Shown here: one piece after another, positions 17,487 through 25,816 of the stretch | Layout of the letters: the number at the start of each line of letters is the position of its first letter | How positions within the stretch are numbered: position 1 is the first letter of the stretch | Program-made: the position numbers and the translations under genes | Notes under the pieces: model-generated | Database searches by the model: none | What the model was told of the DNA's origin: nothing | The model's input: the letters and a program-made list of their open reading frames with translations, nothing else | Virus record (IMG/VR): IMGVR_UViG_3300031965_000004 | Coordinates: 1 to 64,000 of that record | Strand: one strand, 5' to 3' | Origin: a virus | DNA: 64,000 nucleotides

Positions 17487-19346
17487 ATGCTCCTCAACGA
17501 CAAACGACAGCTAACGACAACCCTCGTTCAGGGCGGAAACAACTTCCGCGCGACGTGTTCCAGGTGTCGGCGATCGGTTCCGGCCGGCCGCGGCGACCTG
17601 CATTCGGCAGCGTCGGGTATGCCCTACCTTCTCTGCCGCCTGTGCGGGCTGCGCGAAGTCCCGCCCATGGGTGACGAGGTCCGCGCCATTTGCGCCGCTC
17701 GCTTCCCGCGCCGCGTGACCGTCGACGGCAAGCGCAAGGAGGTCAGCCCCTACCCCTACCAGGTCGTGGACGCCGTCTACCTGGCCAACTCCCGCGCCTA
17801 CCTCGTGGGCAACCAAATGGGCACGGGCAAGACCCCGACGACGATCCTAGGCGTGATCGAGGTTGCCAGGCTCCTGGCCATGCCAGTGATCGCGATGGTT
17901 CCTTCGACGCTGAAGTGGAACTGGGCGAAGGAGATCGACCGCTGGGGCGATCAGAAGACGGTCGTCTCGATCTGCCCTGACCAAGCGAGTTTCAGGATCC
18001 CTGAGCCAGGCGAGGTCTTGATCTGCTCCTACGGGCTCATGCCGGGGCAGGCGTGCAGGCAGTGCAAGAAGGAGGCGACCCAACTCAAGAAGGCCAAGCA
18101 AGCGCGCAGGGCCGCCAACCTCCTGCGGAGCTGCGCTCACTACGCCGACCAAGCCTGCCCTGTGCCCGTGTTCGATCGACCTGTGATCCTGTTTGCTGAC
18201 GAAGCGCACATGCTCCAACGCGAGAGCACGATCCGCCGGTTCCTCTGGGACAACCTCGCGGACGCGATCTTCAACGCGGGCGGGCGCCTCTACGGGCTCA
18301 CGGGCACGATCGTCAGCAACACCCCCAACGACACGCTCTCGATCGCGAAAGCATTCAAGGTCGACGCCGCGGCCTTCGACGCCGACGACGAGTTCAACGC
18401 CCTCTTCGTCGACTGGCACAACAACGAGAAGGGATCGCGCTCAGCACCCGAAGGCGAGGAACGAACGGAGCTACTCATGGCGCTCCGACCGATCCGGCTG
18501 TGCCGACTGCGGAAGCACGTCCTCGAGCACCTCCCACCCGTCGTTTGGAAGGACCCGATCCTTGTCGAGCTCACGCCCGAGACGCTCAAGGAAATTGACA
18601 ACACCGTCCAACTCCTGCTGGCGAAGCGGCGCTCCTGGCAGGAAGTTGCCGAAGGCCGGCTCGACAACCCCAACGAAAAGAACCTCAGCGAAGACGAGCA
18701 TGAGCGCCGCGAGGGGCTCTTTCAGGATCGCGTCCAGTTCTACTTCGCGAGCCGGCCTTGGAACACGGACGAGGAAATTCAGGAGGCGGTCAACGAAGCT
18801 CTCATGAGCAAGGACCAGGCTCCCCTCTTCACCGAGTTGTCCGGGCTCCGGGCCAAGATCAGCCTCGCCAAGGTCAAGGCTCTGCAAGAGGTCGTCGACG
18901 AGTTTCGCGACCAGAACGAGCCACTCGTCGTGTTCTGCGACCACATTCAAGTTCTCGACAAGGTGCTTGGGGGGCAGGACGGCTACGCGGTCCTGAAAGG
19001 CAACGTCTCTCCCAAAGCCCGTCAGAGGATGGTGGAGGACTTCCAGTCGGGCGCGCTCAAGCACGGGATCGGGATCTCGCTCCGGGCCGGCGCAACGGGG
19101 ATCACGCTCACGCGCGCCGCCCACATGGTCTTTGTGGACTGGCATTGGAACCCGTCCAACCTCAAGCAGGCCGTTGATCGACTCAACCGGCCGGGTGCCG
19201 AGGTCCACGACTCGATCACCGTCATGCGCCTGCAAGCCGATCACGTTATCGACCGCATGGTCGTTACGACAGTCACCGAGAAGCTCCAGTTGCAAGACGC
19301 GCTGGAAGACGACGAGGCCAGCATGGCCGGTTTGGAGTTCGCTTGA
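17487..19346 (+). CDS. SNF2-family helicase with N-terminal Zn finger
   Basis: MGTGKT, DEAH, LTGT, GITLTRA, WNP..QAVDRLNR. Confidence 0.9.
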   Translation: MLLNDKRQLTTTLVQGGNNFRATCSRCRRSVPAGRGDLHSAASGMPYLLCRLCGLREVPPMGDEVRAICAARFPRRVTVDGKRKEVSPYPYQVVDAVYLANSRAYLVGNQMGTGKTPTTILGVIEVARLLAMPVIAMVPSTLKWNWAKEIDRWGDQKTVVSICPDQASFRIPEPGEVLICSYGLMPGQACRQCKKEATQLKKAKQARRAANLLRSCAHYADQACPVPVFDRPVILFADEAHMLQRESTIRRFLWDNLADAIFNAGGRLYGLTGTIVSNTPNDTLSIAKAFKVDAAAFDADDEFNALFVDWHNNEKGSRSAPEGEERTELLMALRPIRLCRLRKHVLEHLPPVVWKDPILVELTPETLKEIDNTVQLLLAKRRSWQEVAEGRLDNPNEKNLSEDEHERREGLFQDRVQFYFASRPWNTDEEIQEAVNEALMSKDQAPLFTELSGLRAKISLAKVKALQEVVDEFRDQNEPLVVFCDHIQVLDKVLGGQDGYAVLKGNVSPKARQRMVEDFQSGALKHGIGISLRAGATGITLTRAAHMVFVDWHWNPSNLKQAVDRLNRPGAEVHDSITVMRLQADHVIDRMVVTTVTEKLQLQDALEDDEASMAGLEFA

Positions 19347-19801
19347 CCAAGTCTGAATTTTTCCCCTTCGCGCTGAGTGCTGCGGAACTGGCGGCTCTCC
19401 CGCCACTCCCTGCGCTGGACTCTACGCAATTTGCCCTGCTGTTCCTCCTCGCCGAGTTCGGCGTAGGGAGCCAGTGGCTCCCCGAAGGCGTGGTCCCCTT
19501 TCTCTCGCAGCGAGTCATCAAGGAGGCGGGCACGACCTACACCGACTACCGACAAGGGCTGCGCGGAGCGGCTGCCATGGTCGACGCGAAGGTGCTCGAC
19601 TTCGACGAGCACTACGGGACCTACACCGTGACCGAGTTCGGGGCGAGCACAGCGCTGGTGTGGGCGAAGTCCCTCCCTGAAGTCGATTCGGTCTACGCCG
19701 CGATCGAGACGGCGCAAGGCCGCCTGGGCCACGTCGAGGAGCTCGACTACCTCGAGCTCCACCTCGTTGCGCCGGAGGGCCTTCCTGTGGGTGACGCATG
19801 A
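19343..19801 (+). CDS. Hypothetical protein
   Basis: Coupled TTGA start. Confidence 0.65.
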   Translation: MTKSEFFPFALSAAELAALPPLPALDSTQFALLFLLAEFGVGSQWLPEGVVPFLSQRVIKEAGTTYTDYRQGLRGAAAMVDAKVLDFDEHYGTYTVTEFGASTALVWAKSLPEVDSVYAAIETAQGRLGHVEELDYLELHLVAPEGLPVGDA

Positions 19802-20070
19802 ACACGCCCCCCGCCCGTCTCTACTGCGTTCGCGTCTACCAGGACGTGCCCGTGCTGGCGCTCTCCGAGCACGAAGCCGTGAAAGCCGCCGTGGGCGCCC
19901 TTGAGGACGGCCCTGGGTCTGACCTCGCCCGCGACGCCGCGTGCCGAGGCGAGATCAGGAGCGTCCTGACGATCCCTGAGGGCTGGGGTATCTACCCGCC
20001 GCTGGGTCTCGACTCAGACAAGTCGTGCGAGCAACTCGTCGCGCTTGCTGCGGCGCCGACGAAGCCGTGA
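19798..20070 (+). CDS. Hypothetical protein
   Basis: Coupled ATGA start. Confidence 0.65.
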   Translation: MNTPPARLYCVRVYQDVPVLALSEHEAVKAAVGALEDGPGSDLARDAACRGEIRSVLTIPEGWGIYPPLGLDSDKSCEQLVALAAAPTKP

Positions 20071-21338
20071 GGTTCGTCGATTTGTTCTGCGGGATCGGCG
20101 GCTTTCGCCTGGGTCTCGAGCAAGCCGGGCACGTCCACGCGCAGTCTGCGGAGTGGGAGCCCTTCCCCCGGAGCGTCTACGGCGCTCGATTCGGCGCCTT
20201 GCCGGACTGGAGTGACGTTCGTGAAATCCAAGCCGACCAAATCGAAGGCGGGCCAGACGCGCTCTGGGCGGGGGGTTTCCCGTGCCAAGACGCCAGCTCC
20301 GCCGGAGCCGGACTTGGACTCCTCGGAGGAAAGAGAAGCTCGCTGGTTTTCCGCATTCTTGGACTCGCAGCCGTGGCTCGTCCCGAGTGGATCTTCTTGG
20401 AGAACGTGCCAGGTCTCCTTGTTCGCGGGCGGGGATTCGACCGACTACTCGGAATCTTGGCCCGCCTCGGGTATGGGTTCTGCTGGCGGACTCTGGACGC
20501 TCAGTTCTTCGGAGTGGCCCAACGACGGCGCCGCGTCTTCCTGCTCGCTTGCCTCGGTGCTCGAACCGGAATGCGACGTGCCGCCCGAGTGCTACTTGAA
20601 CCGGCGAGCGTGCGCCGGGATTCTCCGACGCGCGAAGAAGAGGGGGCGGGAGTTGCCCGGTGCCTTGCGGCGAGCGCTGGAGACGGTGGCGCAGAAGGCT
20701 CCAGAGACGAGTTGATCGCCAAACCGCTCCTGTCCCACGCCGGGCGCCAGGACGAAGAAAGCGAGACGTTCATTCCGAGCGTCTCGCCGACGCGCCAGCG
20801 CAGCGCAGGACACCATGGCCACAGTTCCCCTCGTGGTGACGGCTCGACGCCACTGGTGGCCGGCTACCAGTGCCACGGGAGCAACGTCGGACCCATGGGC
20901 ACGCTCACCAGAGGCAACGGATGCGTGAGCGGCGGCGTCCCCTTCGTGGCCGGCTTCAACACCAACGCTTCAAGCGGGGACACGACGGGCTACGCGCCTG
21001 GGCTGTCGGTCCCCGTCCGTGCCAACGACCCGCCTGGCGTCGTGATCCCGTTCAACGCGGCGCAAGTCACGCACCCCGAGAATCGGAATCGCTGCGAACC
21101 GGGAGAGCCGGCGCACACGCTGGCCTCGAGCGGGGTGCCTGAGTCGATCGCCGAGGCGTCCGGCGCTTGGGTCCGACGCCTGACGCCGCGCGAGTGCGAG
21201 CGTCTTCAGGGCTTCCCCGACGACTGGACCGCTGTCCCCGGCGCCAGCAACAGCGCACGCTACAAAGCGCTCGGAAACGCAGTCGCCGTTCCCGTTGTGG
21301 CTTGGATCGCAGGACGCCTCGCAGGAGCGGCGCTGTGA
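20067..21338 (+). CDS. DNA cytosine-5 methyltransferase
   Basis: DLFCGIGG, GGFPCQ, ENVPG, QRRRRVF, RRLTPRECERLQGFPD, LGNAV. Confidence 0.95.
   Translation: MRFVDLFCGIGGFRLGLEQAGHVHAQSAEWEPFPRSVYGARFGALPDWSDVREIQADQIEGGPDALWAGGFPCQDASSAGAGLGLLGGKRSSLVFRILGLAAVARPEWIFLENVPGLLVRGRGFDRLLGILARLGYGFCWRTLDAQFFGVAQRRRRVFLLACLGARTGMRRAARVLLEPASVRRDSPTREEEGAGVARCLAASAGDGGAEGSRDELIAKPLLSHAGRQDEESETFIPSVSPTRQRSAGHHGHSSPRGDGSTPLVAGYQCHGSNVGPMGTLTRGNGCVSGGVPFVAGFNTNASSGDTTGYAPGLSVPVRANDPPGVVIPFNAAQVTHPENRNRCEPGEPAHTLASSGVPESIAEASGAWVRRLTPRECERLQGFPDDWTAVPGASNSARYKALGNAVAVPVVAWIAGRLAGAAL
20212..20715 (+). CDS. Overlapping alternative-frame ORF inside the MTase (putative beta-subunit-like peptide)
   Basis: SLASVLEP..VPPECYLNRRACAGILRRAKKRGRELPGALRRAL. 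Confidence 0.55.
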   Translation: MTFVKSKPTKSKAGQTRSGRGVSRAKTPAPPEPDLDSSEEREARWFSAFLDSQPWLVPSGSSWRTCQVSLFAGGDSTDYSESWPASGMGSAGGLWTLSSSEWPNDGAASSCSLASVLEPECDVPPECYLNRRACAGILRRAKKRGRELPGALRRALETVAQKAPETS

Positions 21339-21378
21339 GCCGGGTCATGCAACCGAACAACTGGCCAAGGAGGGCCTC

Positions 21379-22602
21379 GTGATTATTACCAAGCTGATTG
21401 TCTCAAACGTCAAGGGGGTCAAGGCAATTCGCATTGAGCCTGACGGGAACATGGTCGTCCTGTCCGGCCGCAACGGGCAGGGCAAGACCAGCGTTCTGGA
21501 CTCGATCTGGCTTGCGATCAGCGGAGCTGCCGCGGCCAAGAGCTCGCCCTCGCCGCTACGCCACGGTGAGCAGTCCGGCTACGTCGAGGTCCACTTGGGC
21601 GAACTGGTCGTCCGGCGCACCTGGTCGGCGGGCAAGACCACCAAGCTCACGGTCAAGAGCGGGGGCGTCGCCCAGCGCTCCCCGCAGAAGTTGCTCGACG
21701 AACTGATCGGCGCGCTTTCGTTCGATCCGCTCGCCTTCGATCGCCTCTCGGGCTCAGCCCAGCGAGCCATGCTCCTTGGCCTAGTGGAGCTCGGCTTCGA
21801 CCCTGACGAGCTCGAGGCGAGGCGCCTCGAGACGTTCAATCGACGCACGGAGGTCAACCGAGACGTCAAGCGGCTCGAGGCCCAACTGGCGGGGCTCCCG
21901 GCCTTCGTCGAGGACGTCCCGGGCGAGCCCGTCTGCGTTTCGGATCTCCTTGGGACGCTCGAGCGGGCGCAGAAGGTGGAAGCGCACGTCAAGCGACTGG
22001 AGAGGGCGGCGCGGGATGCAGCGGCGGCGGTGGTTGCCGCCAAGGAATGGCTTGTCAAGGCAGAGAGGGTGCAGCGGGAGGCTGACCAAGCGTATGCGGC
22101 GCTTCCTGAGCCTCGCCACGATCCCGCCGAGATCATGGAGAGGATCAGCAACGCCGACGCAATCAACCTGAACGTCCGCAACAACAAGGCGTGGACGCAA
22201 GCCAACCTGCTCGCGACCGACGCGCGCGCCAACGCGCTGGCGCTGACGGAGCAGTTAAGCGCGATCGACGCCGAGAAGACGGACGGGCTGGCCAAGGCCC
22301 AAATGCCAATCGAGGGGCTCGGCTTCACGGCGGACGGCGTCACCTACCTGGGCTCGCCGCTGGAGCAAGTCAGCGGAGCTGAGCGCTGGCGGATCTGCGT
22401 GGCAATCGCCATGGCGCTGAACCCGACGCTCAAAGTCCTGCGCATCACGGAGGGCTCGCTGCTGGACGCCACGAGCCGGGCCCTGCTCGAGGAGACCGTG
22501 ACCCAACACGGGTTTCAAGCGTGGCTGGAAGTCGTCGCCGACGAAGACGGCGAGGGCTTCCAGATCGAAGACGGCGAGCTCGTCGAAGTCCAGGCGTCCT
22601 AA
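21379..22602 (+). CDS. SMC/SbcC-like AAA ATPase
   Basis: GRNGQGKTS Walker A, coiled coil, VSGAE signature, GSLLD. Confidence 0.85.
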   Translation: MIITKLIVSNVKGVKAIRIEPDGNMVVLSGRNGQGKTSVLDSIWLAISGAAAAKSSPSPLRHGEQSGYVEVHLGELVVRRTWSAGKTTKLTVKSGGVAQRSPQKLLDELIGALSFDPLAFDRLSGSAQRAMLLGLVELGFDPDELEARRLETFNRRTEVNRDVKRLEAQLAGLPAFVEDVPGEPVCVSDLLGTLERAQKVEAHVKRLERAARDAAAAVVAAKEWLVKAERVQREADQAYAALPEPRHDPAEIMERISNADAINLNVRNNKAWTQANLLATDARANALALTEQLSAIDAEKTDGLAKAQMPIEGLGFTADGVTYLGSPLEQVSGAERWRICVAIAMALNPTLKVLRITEGSLLDATSRALLEETVTQHGFQAWLEVVADEDGEGFQIEDGELVEVQAS

Positions 22603-23255
22603 TGGCCAAGCGAACGTGCTCCTACTGCAAGAAGGCGTTCGACCCGGTCACGTCCCACCAGGTCAACTGCACGAGACTCTGCACCACGCGCAAGGCCGAC
22701 GCCCGGCGCAACGAACGCAGGGCCCGAGGCCAAACCGCCAGCAAGGAACCCACGAGCGATCACGTCGTCCTAGGGACTAACACCGTCATTTGCACGCATT
22801 GCGGGATCAAACAGGAAATCGCTTTTCCCTGCTCGATCAGCGTCATGCTCGCGATCTTCAAGGCGTTCACGAAGGACCACCGCCGCTGTGAAAAGACTGC
22901 GGCCGGCGAGAAAGCCAGTTCGCCCAAGGCGCTCGGCGACTGGCTCGCGTCGGCGGATACGGGGATCTCCTCGCGGGTGATCTACGCTGTGTTCACAGGG
23001 CACCCCGTCACGGGAAGGTGGACGAGCACCCCCCACGACCCTGCCGACTTCGGGCGCTGCTATCGCCTGCTCGAGATCGCGCCGGCGCACTGGCGCGAGA
23101 ACCTAAGCAAGGTCTCCGACCGCTACCCGCACTGGGGCCCGTTGGTCGAGCAGTGGGACGAGTGCGAACGCCTCTACCGAGAAGAACTGCCGCAGGGGAA
23201 GGCGCCCAAACTCTACGCCCTCATGAAGACGCTTGCTGCCACGGAGCCTGCATGA
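22602..23255 (+). CDS. Conserved phage hypothetical protein with Zn fingers
   Basis: CSYC, CTHC; DTGISS..PHDPADFGRCYRLLE. Confidence 0.75.
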   Translation: MAKRTCSYCKKAFDPVTSHQVNCTRLCTTRKADARRNERRARGQTASKEPTSDHVVLGTNTVICTHCGIKQEIAFPCSISVMLAIFKAFTKDHRRCEKTAAGEKASSPKALGDWLASADTGISSRVIYAVFTGHPVTGRWTSTPHDPADFGRCYRLLEIAPAHWRENLSKVSDRYPHWGPLVEQWDECERLYREELPQGKAPKLYALMKTLAATEPA

Positions 23256-23479
23256 GCAAGGTCACGAACGAGATTCAACTGCTCGTGCTCGACCTCTGGG
23301 AACGGTCGGACCAGGAGGGGACACTGAAGGAGGCGCTCGAGGCTTGCACCGAGTCCGGCTACCAGTTCCGCATGCTCGCCGGGGAATTCAAGACGGCGGC
23401 GGCGCTGTCCCAAGCTGCATTCATGGTCGGATTCTTTTCCGGCCTCGCGCGACCGGCGCAGAGAAGGGGAAACGCATGA
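23252..23479 (+). CDS. Hypothetical protein
   Basis: Coupled ATGA start. Confidence 0.65.
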   Translation: MSKVTNEIQLLVLDLWERSDQEGTLKEALEACTESGYQFRMLAGEFKTAAALSQAAFMVGFFSGLARPAQRRGNA

Positions 23480-23814
23480 GCGACACCATAGAGATTCAAC
23501 GCCTTCGCGCGGAGATTGAACGCCTTCGGGTGGTGGAGTCCGTGGCAAATCGGATTCTGTCCGTTTGGGACGCCCTGCCGGCCTGCTCCGCGGCCGGCCA
23601 GGACGCTGCCATGCACGAGCCCGCCTTCGGTGGACTGCGCGCCGACCTCGCAGACGCAATCGCTGGCTGTGGCGCCATGCGCCTCCGCGCCGACTGGATC
23701 GGAGCCCAGATCGCAGGGGACTACGGCGCCGCTAACGAGATCGCCGCCCGGTATGAAGCCGCCTTCGGCCGCCCGGTGCTGTCCGGCCTCCACGTCGGGT
23801 GCTCGGACGCATGA
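23476..23814 (+). CDS. Hypothetical protein
   Basis: Coupled ATGA start. Confidence 0.65.
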   Translation: MSDTIEIQRLRAEIERLRVVESVANRILSVWDALPACSAAGQDAAMHEPAFGGLRADLADAIAGCGAMRLRADWIGAQIAGDYGAANEIAARYEAAFGRPVLSGLHVGCSDA

Positions 23815-24002
23815 GCCGCAAGATCGAGGTAAACGGGGAGGTGTTCCGGGTGGGCCAGGAGGTCACTTGCAAGGTCAAATGGCCAGACGGCACTGTGACG
23901 TGCCCTCAGGGGGCTCTCGTCACGGTGGTCGACGGAGACGCCTACGTCAGGACCCCGATTGGGGTTGTCGCCGGGGACGCGGCGACGCTGGAGCCTGCAT
24001 GA
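23811..24002 (+). CDS. Hypothetical protein (small, beta-rich)
   Basis: Coupled ATGA start. Confidence 0.65.
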   Translation: MSRKIEVNGEVFRVGQEVTCKVKWPDGTVTCPQGALVTVVDGDAYVRTPIGVVAGDAATLEPA

Positions 24003-24457
24003 CCGATCCAACGCCCGCGCAGGGGCCTCGTGCCTGCGACACGAGTCGAGGAACTTGCCCGAAGGAAATCCGCAGGGGCAGTTGGGGGTATCGCCACACG
24101 AAGCCCTGCGGGAAGAAGCTCAAGCCGGGGGCGGAATTCTGCGGGACGCACGCGCCCCCCGCTGACACCGGGATTCGCGTCTACTGCGCCTGGTTCAACT
24201 ACGACAAGGGCGTTGTGATCGAAAGTGGAGACGTGGTCAAGAAGACCAAGGAGACCTACCTGCTCGCCAAGGGTCTGATGGCGCTCGGGTGTAGGCGCCG
24301 AGTCTCGCACACGGAAGTGTTTACCACCCAACGCGAGGCGCTCGTCGACGCACTCAGGGTGCTGGATTGCCGCCGGCGCGACGAGCTCCACGCGCTCAAC
24401 AAGACCGGCCAACACGGCGAGCAGGCCCGCGGCCTGCTCGCCGTGTTAGACGAATGA
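23999..24457 (+). CDS. Hypothetical protein
   Basis: Coupled ATGA start. Confidence 0.65.
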   Translation: MTDPTPAQGPRACDTSRGTCPKEIRRGSWGYRHTKPCGKKLKPGAEFCGTHAPPADTGIRVYCAWFNYDKGVVIESGDVVKKTKETYLLAKGLMALGCRRRVSHTEVFTTQREALVDALRVLDCRRRDELHALNKTGQHGEQARGLLAVLDE

Positions 24458-25407
24458 GCCAGTTCGTCCTGCCAGGAAGCAACGAGCCGCTCAGCGCGTG
24501 GGCGGCCGAGCGCAAAGCACACCTCGCCGGTCGCCCCGTCGTTGTAAGTGTTAGCGGCGGTAAGGACTCCACCGCTGTTTGCCTGCTACTGCTCGAGGCC
24601 GAGATCGACTTCCGCTGCGTCCACATGGACACTGGCTGGGAGCACGAGGCGACCGAGCGCTACGTCCGAGAAACGCTCCCAGGGATCGTGGGCCCGATCC
24701 AGATTCTCCAAGGCACGCACGGAGGCATGGAGGGCCTGGTCAAGCACAAGGGCATGTTCCCGAGCCGCGTGCGGCGGTTCTGCACGCAAGAGCTCAAGGT
24801 CCGCCCCTTCCAGCGCTTTCTTGCGAGCCTCGACGACGAACCCGTGAACCCCATTGGGATCCGAACTGCCGAGAGCGCGGCGCGCGCCAAAATGGAGGAG
24901 TGGGACTTCAACGCTGGCTTCGACTGCGAGGTCTGGCGCCCGATCATTCGCTGGTCGTTTGACGACGTGATCGCGATTCACCAACGCCACGGGGTCGCGC
25001 CCAACCCGCTCTACCTGAAGGGCGCGACGCGCGTCGGCTGCTGGCCGTGTATCTTCTCGCGCAAGTCTGAGATCCGGCAGGTCGCTGACCTTGATCCCGG
25101 CCAGATTGATCGCCTGGAGCGGCTCGAAGCGGAGGTCGGCGTCAAGGCGACCGAGCGTCGCGTGGCCAAAGGGCTCCCCCTGGCCGACTACTCGCCGCCG
25201 ACGTTCTTTCAGGACCCGATCCGGCGCACGAACCCGACGACAGGAGAGGTCGCTCGAGGCTGCGTCCCGATCAGGGAGGTGGTTGAGTGGAGCCGGACGG
25301 CTCACGGCGGCAAGCAAGCGGAGCTGTTCGCCCCGCCCTACGACGACGGGTGTATGCGTTGGGGGATGTGCGAGACGCAACCGCCAGAGTCGGAGCCTCA
25401 AGCATGA
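24454..25407 (+). CDS. PAPS reductase family (PP-loop) protein
   Basis: SVSGGKDS, DTGWEH, RFCTQELK, NPLY..GATRVGCWPC. Confidence 0.9.
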   Translation: MSQFVLPGSNEPLSAWAAERKAHLAGRPVVVSVSGGKDSTAVCLLLLEAEIDFRCVHMDTGWEHEATERYVRETLPGIVGPIQILQGTHGGMEGLVKHKGMFPSRVRRFCTQELKVRPFQRFLASLDDEPVNPIGIRTAESAARAKMEEWDFNAGFDCEVWRPIIRWSFDDVIAIHQRHGVAPNPLYLKGATRVGCWPCIFSRKSEIRQVADLDPGQIDRLERLEAEVGVKATERRVAKGLPLADYSPPTFFQDPIRRTNPTTGEVARGCVPIREVVEWSRTAHGGKQAELFAPPYDDGCMRWGMCETQPPESEPQA

Positions 25408-25559
25408 GTGGAACAACCCTAAGTGCCTAGCGGGCAAAGGGGTTTGGTTCGCTCCGTGGGGTCGTCCTTGCGTTCAGGCCCAAACGGATGGAGGATCGGG
25501 GCCGTGATCCCTTCGTCTTCAACCACGAAAGCACCCGTGACCCTCTACACCACGTAACC

Positions 25560-25653
25560 AAAGCAGAAGGCCCGGCATTTCTACCGGGCCTTCTAACTTT
25601 ACTCGTCTGACCGCCTGAGGAAGGAAGGCTACGAGAACTACGATCAACTCAGC
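25560..25653 (-). ncRNA. Putative antisense (countertranscript) RNA upstream of rep
   Basis: Minus-strand TTGACA-N16-TACGAT promoter (25660-25687) and terminator hairpin at 25565-25594. Confidence 0.6.
25565..25600. terminator. Bidirectional terminator hairpin
   Basis: 11-bp stem AGAAGGCCCGG/CCGGGCCTTCT with T-rich tails on both strands. Confidence 0.75.
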
Positions 25654-25659
25654 ACCCCG

Positions 25660-25687
25660 ATCGTAGCCCTCCCCTCAGACGTGTCAA
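25660..25687 (-). promoter_or_regulatory. Sigma70-type promoter
   Basis: Perfect TTGACA, 16-nt spacer, TACGAT. Confidence 0.7.
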
Positions 25688-25711
25688 CGACCACTTCTGC
25701 GGGGAAACCCA

Positions 25712-25816
25712 ATGGCTCTCGGACTTCTAGCTAACCCTTTAGCGGCCAACACCTTACGCAGCGCACAAACGACCCTTCCGGCGAGGATTTTGCCGGAAGG
25801 TGAGGAGGTTTTCTGA
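25712..25816 (+). CDS. Putative 34-aa leader peptide coupled to rep
   Basis: GGGGA SD; MALGLLANPLAANTLRSAQTTLPARILPEGEEVF*; its TGA overlaps the CTG (CTGA). Confidence 0.55.
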   Translation: MALGLLANPLAANTLRSAQTTLPARILPEGEEVF

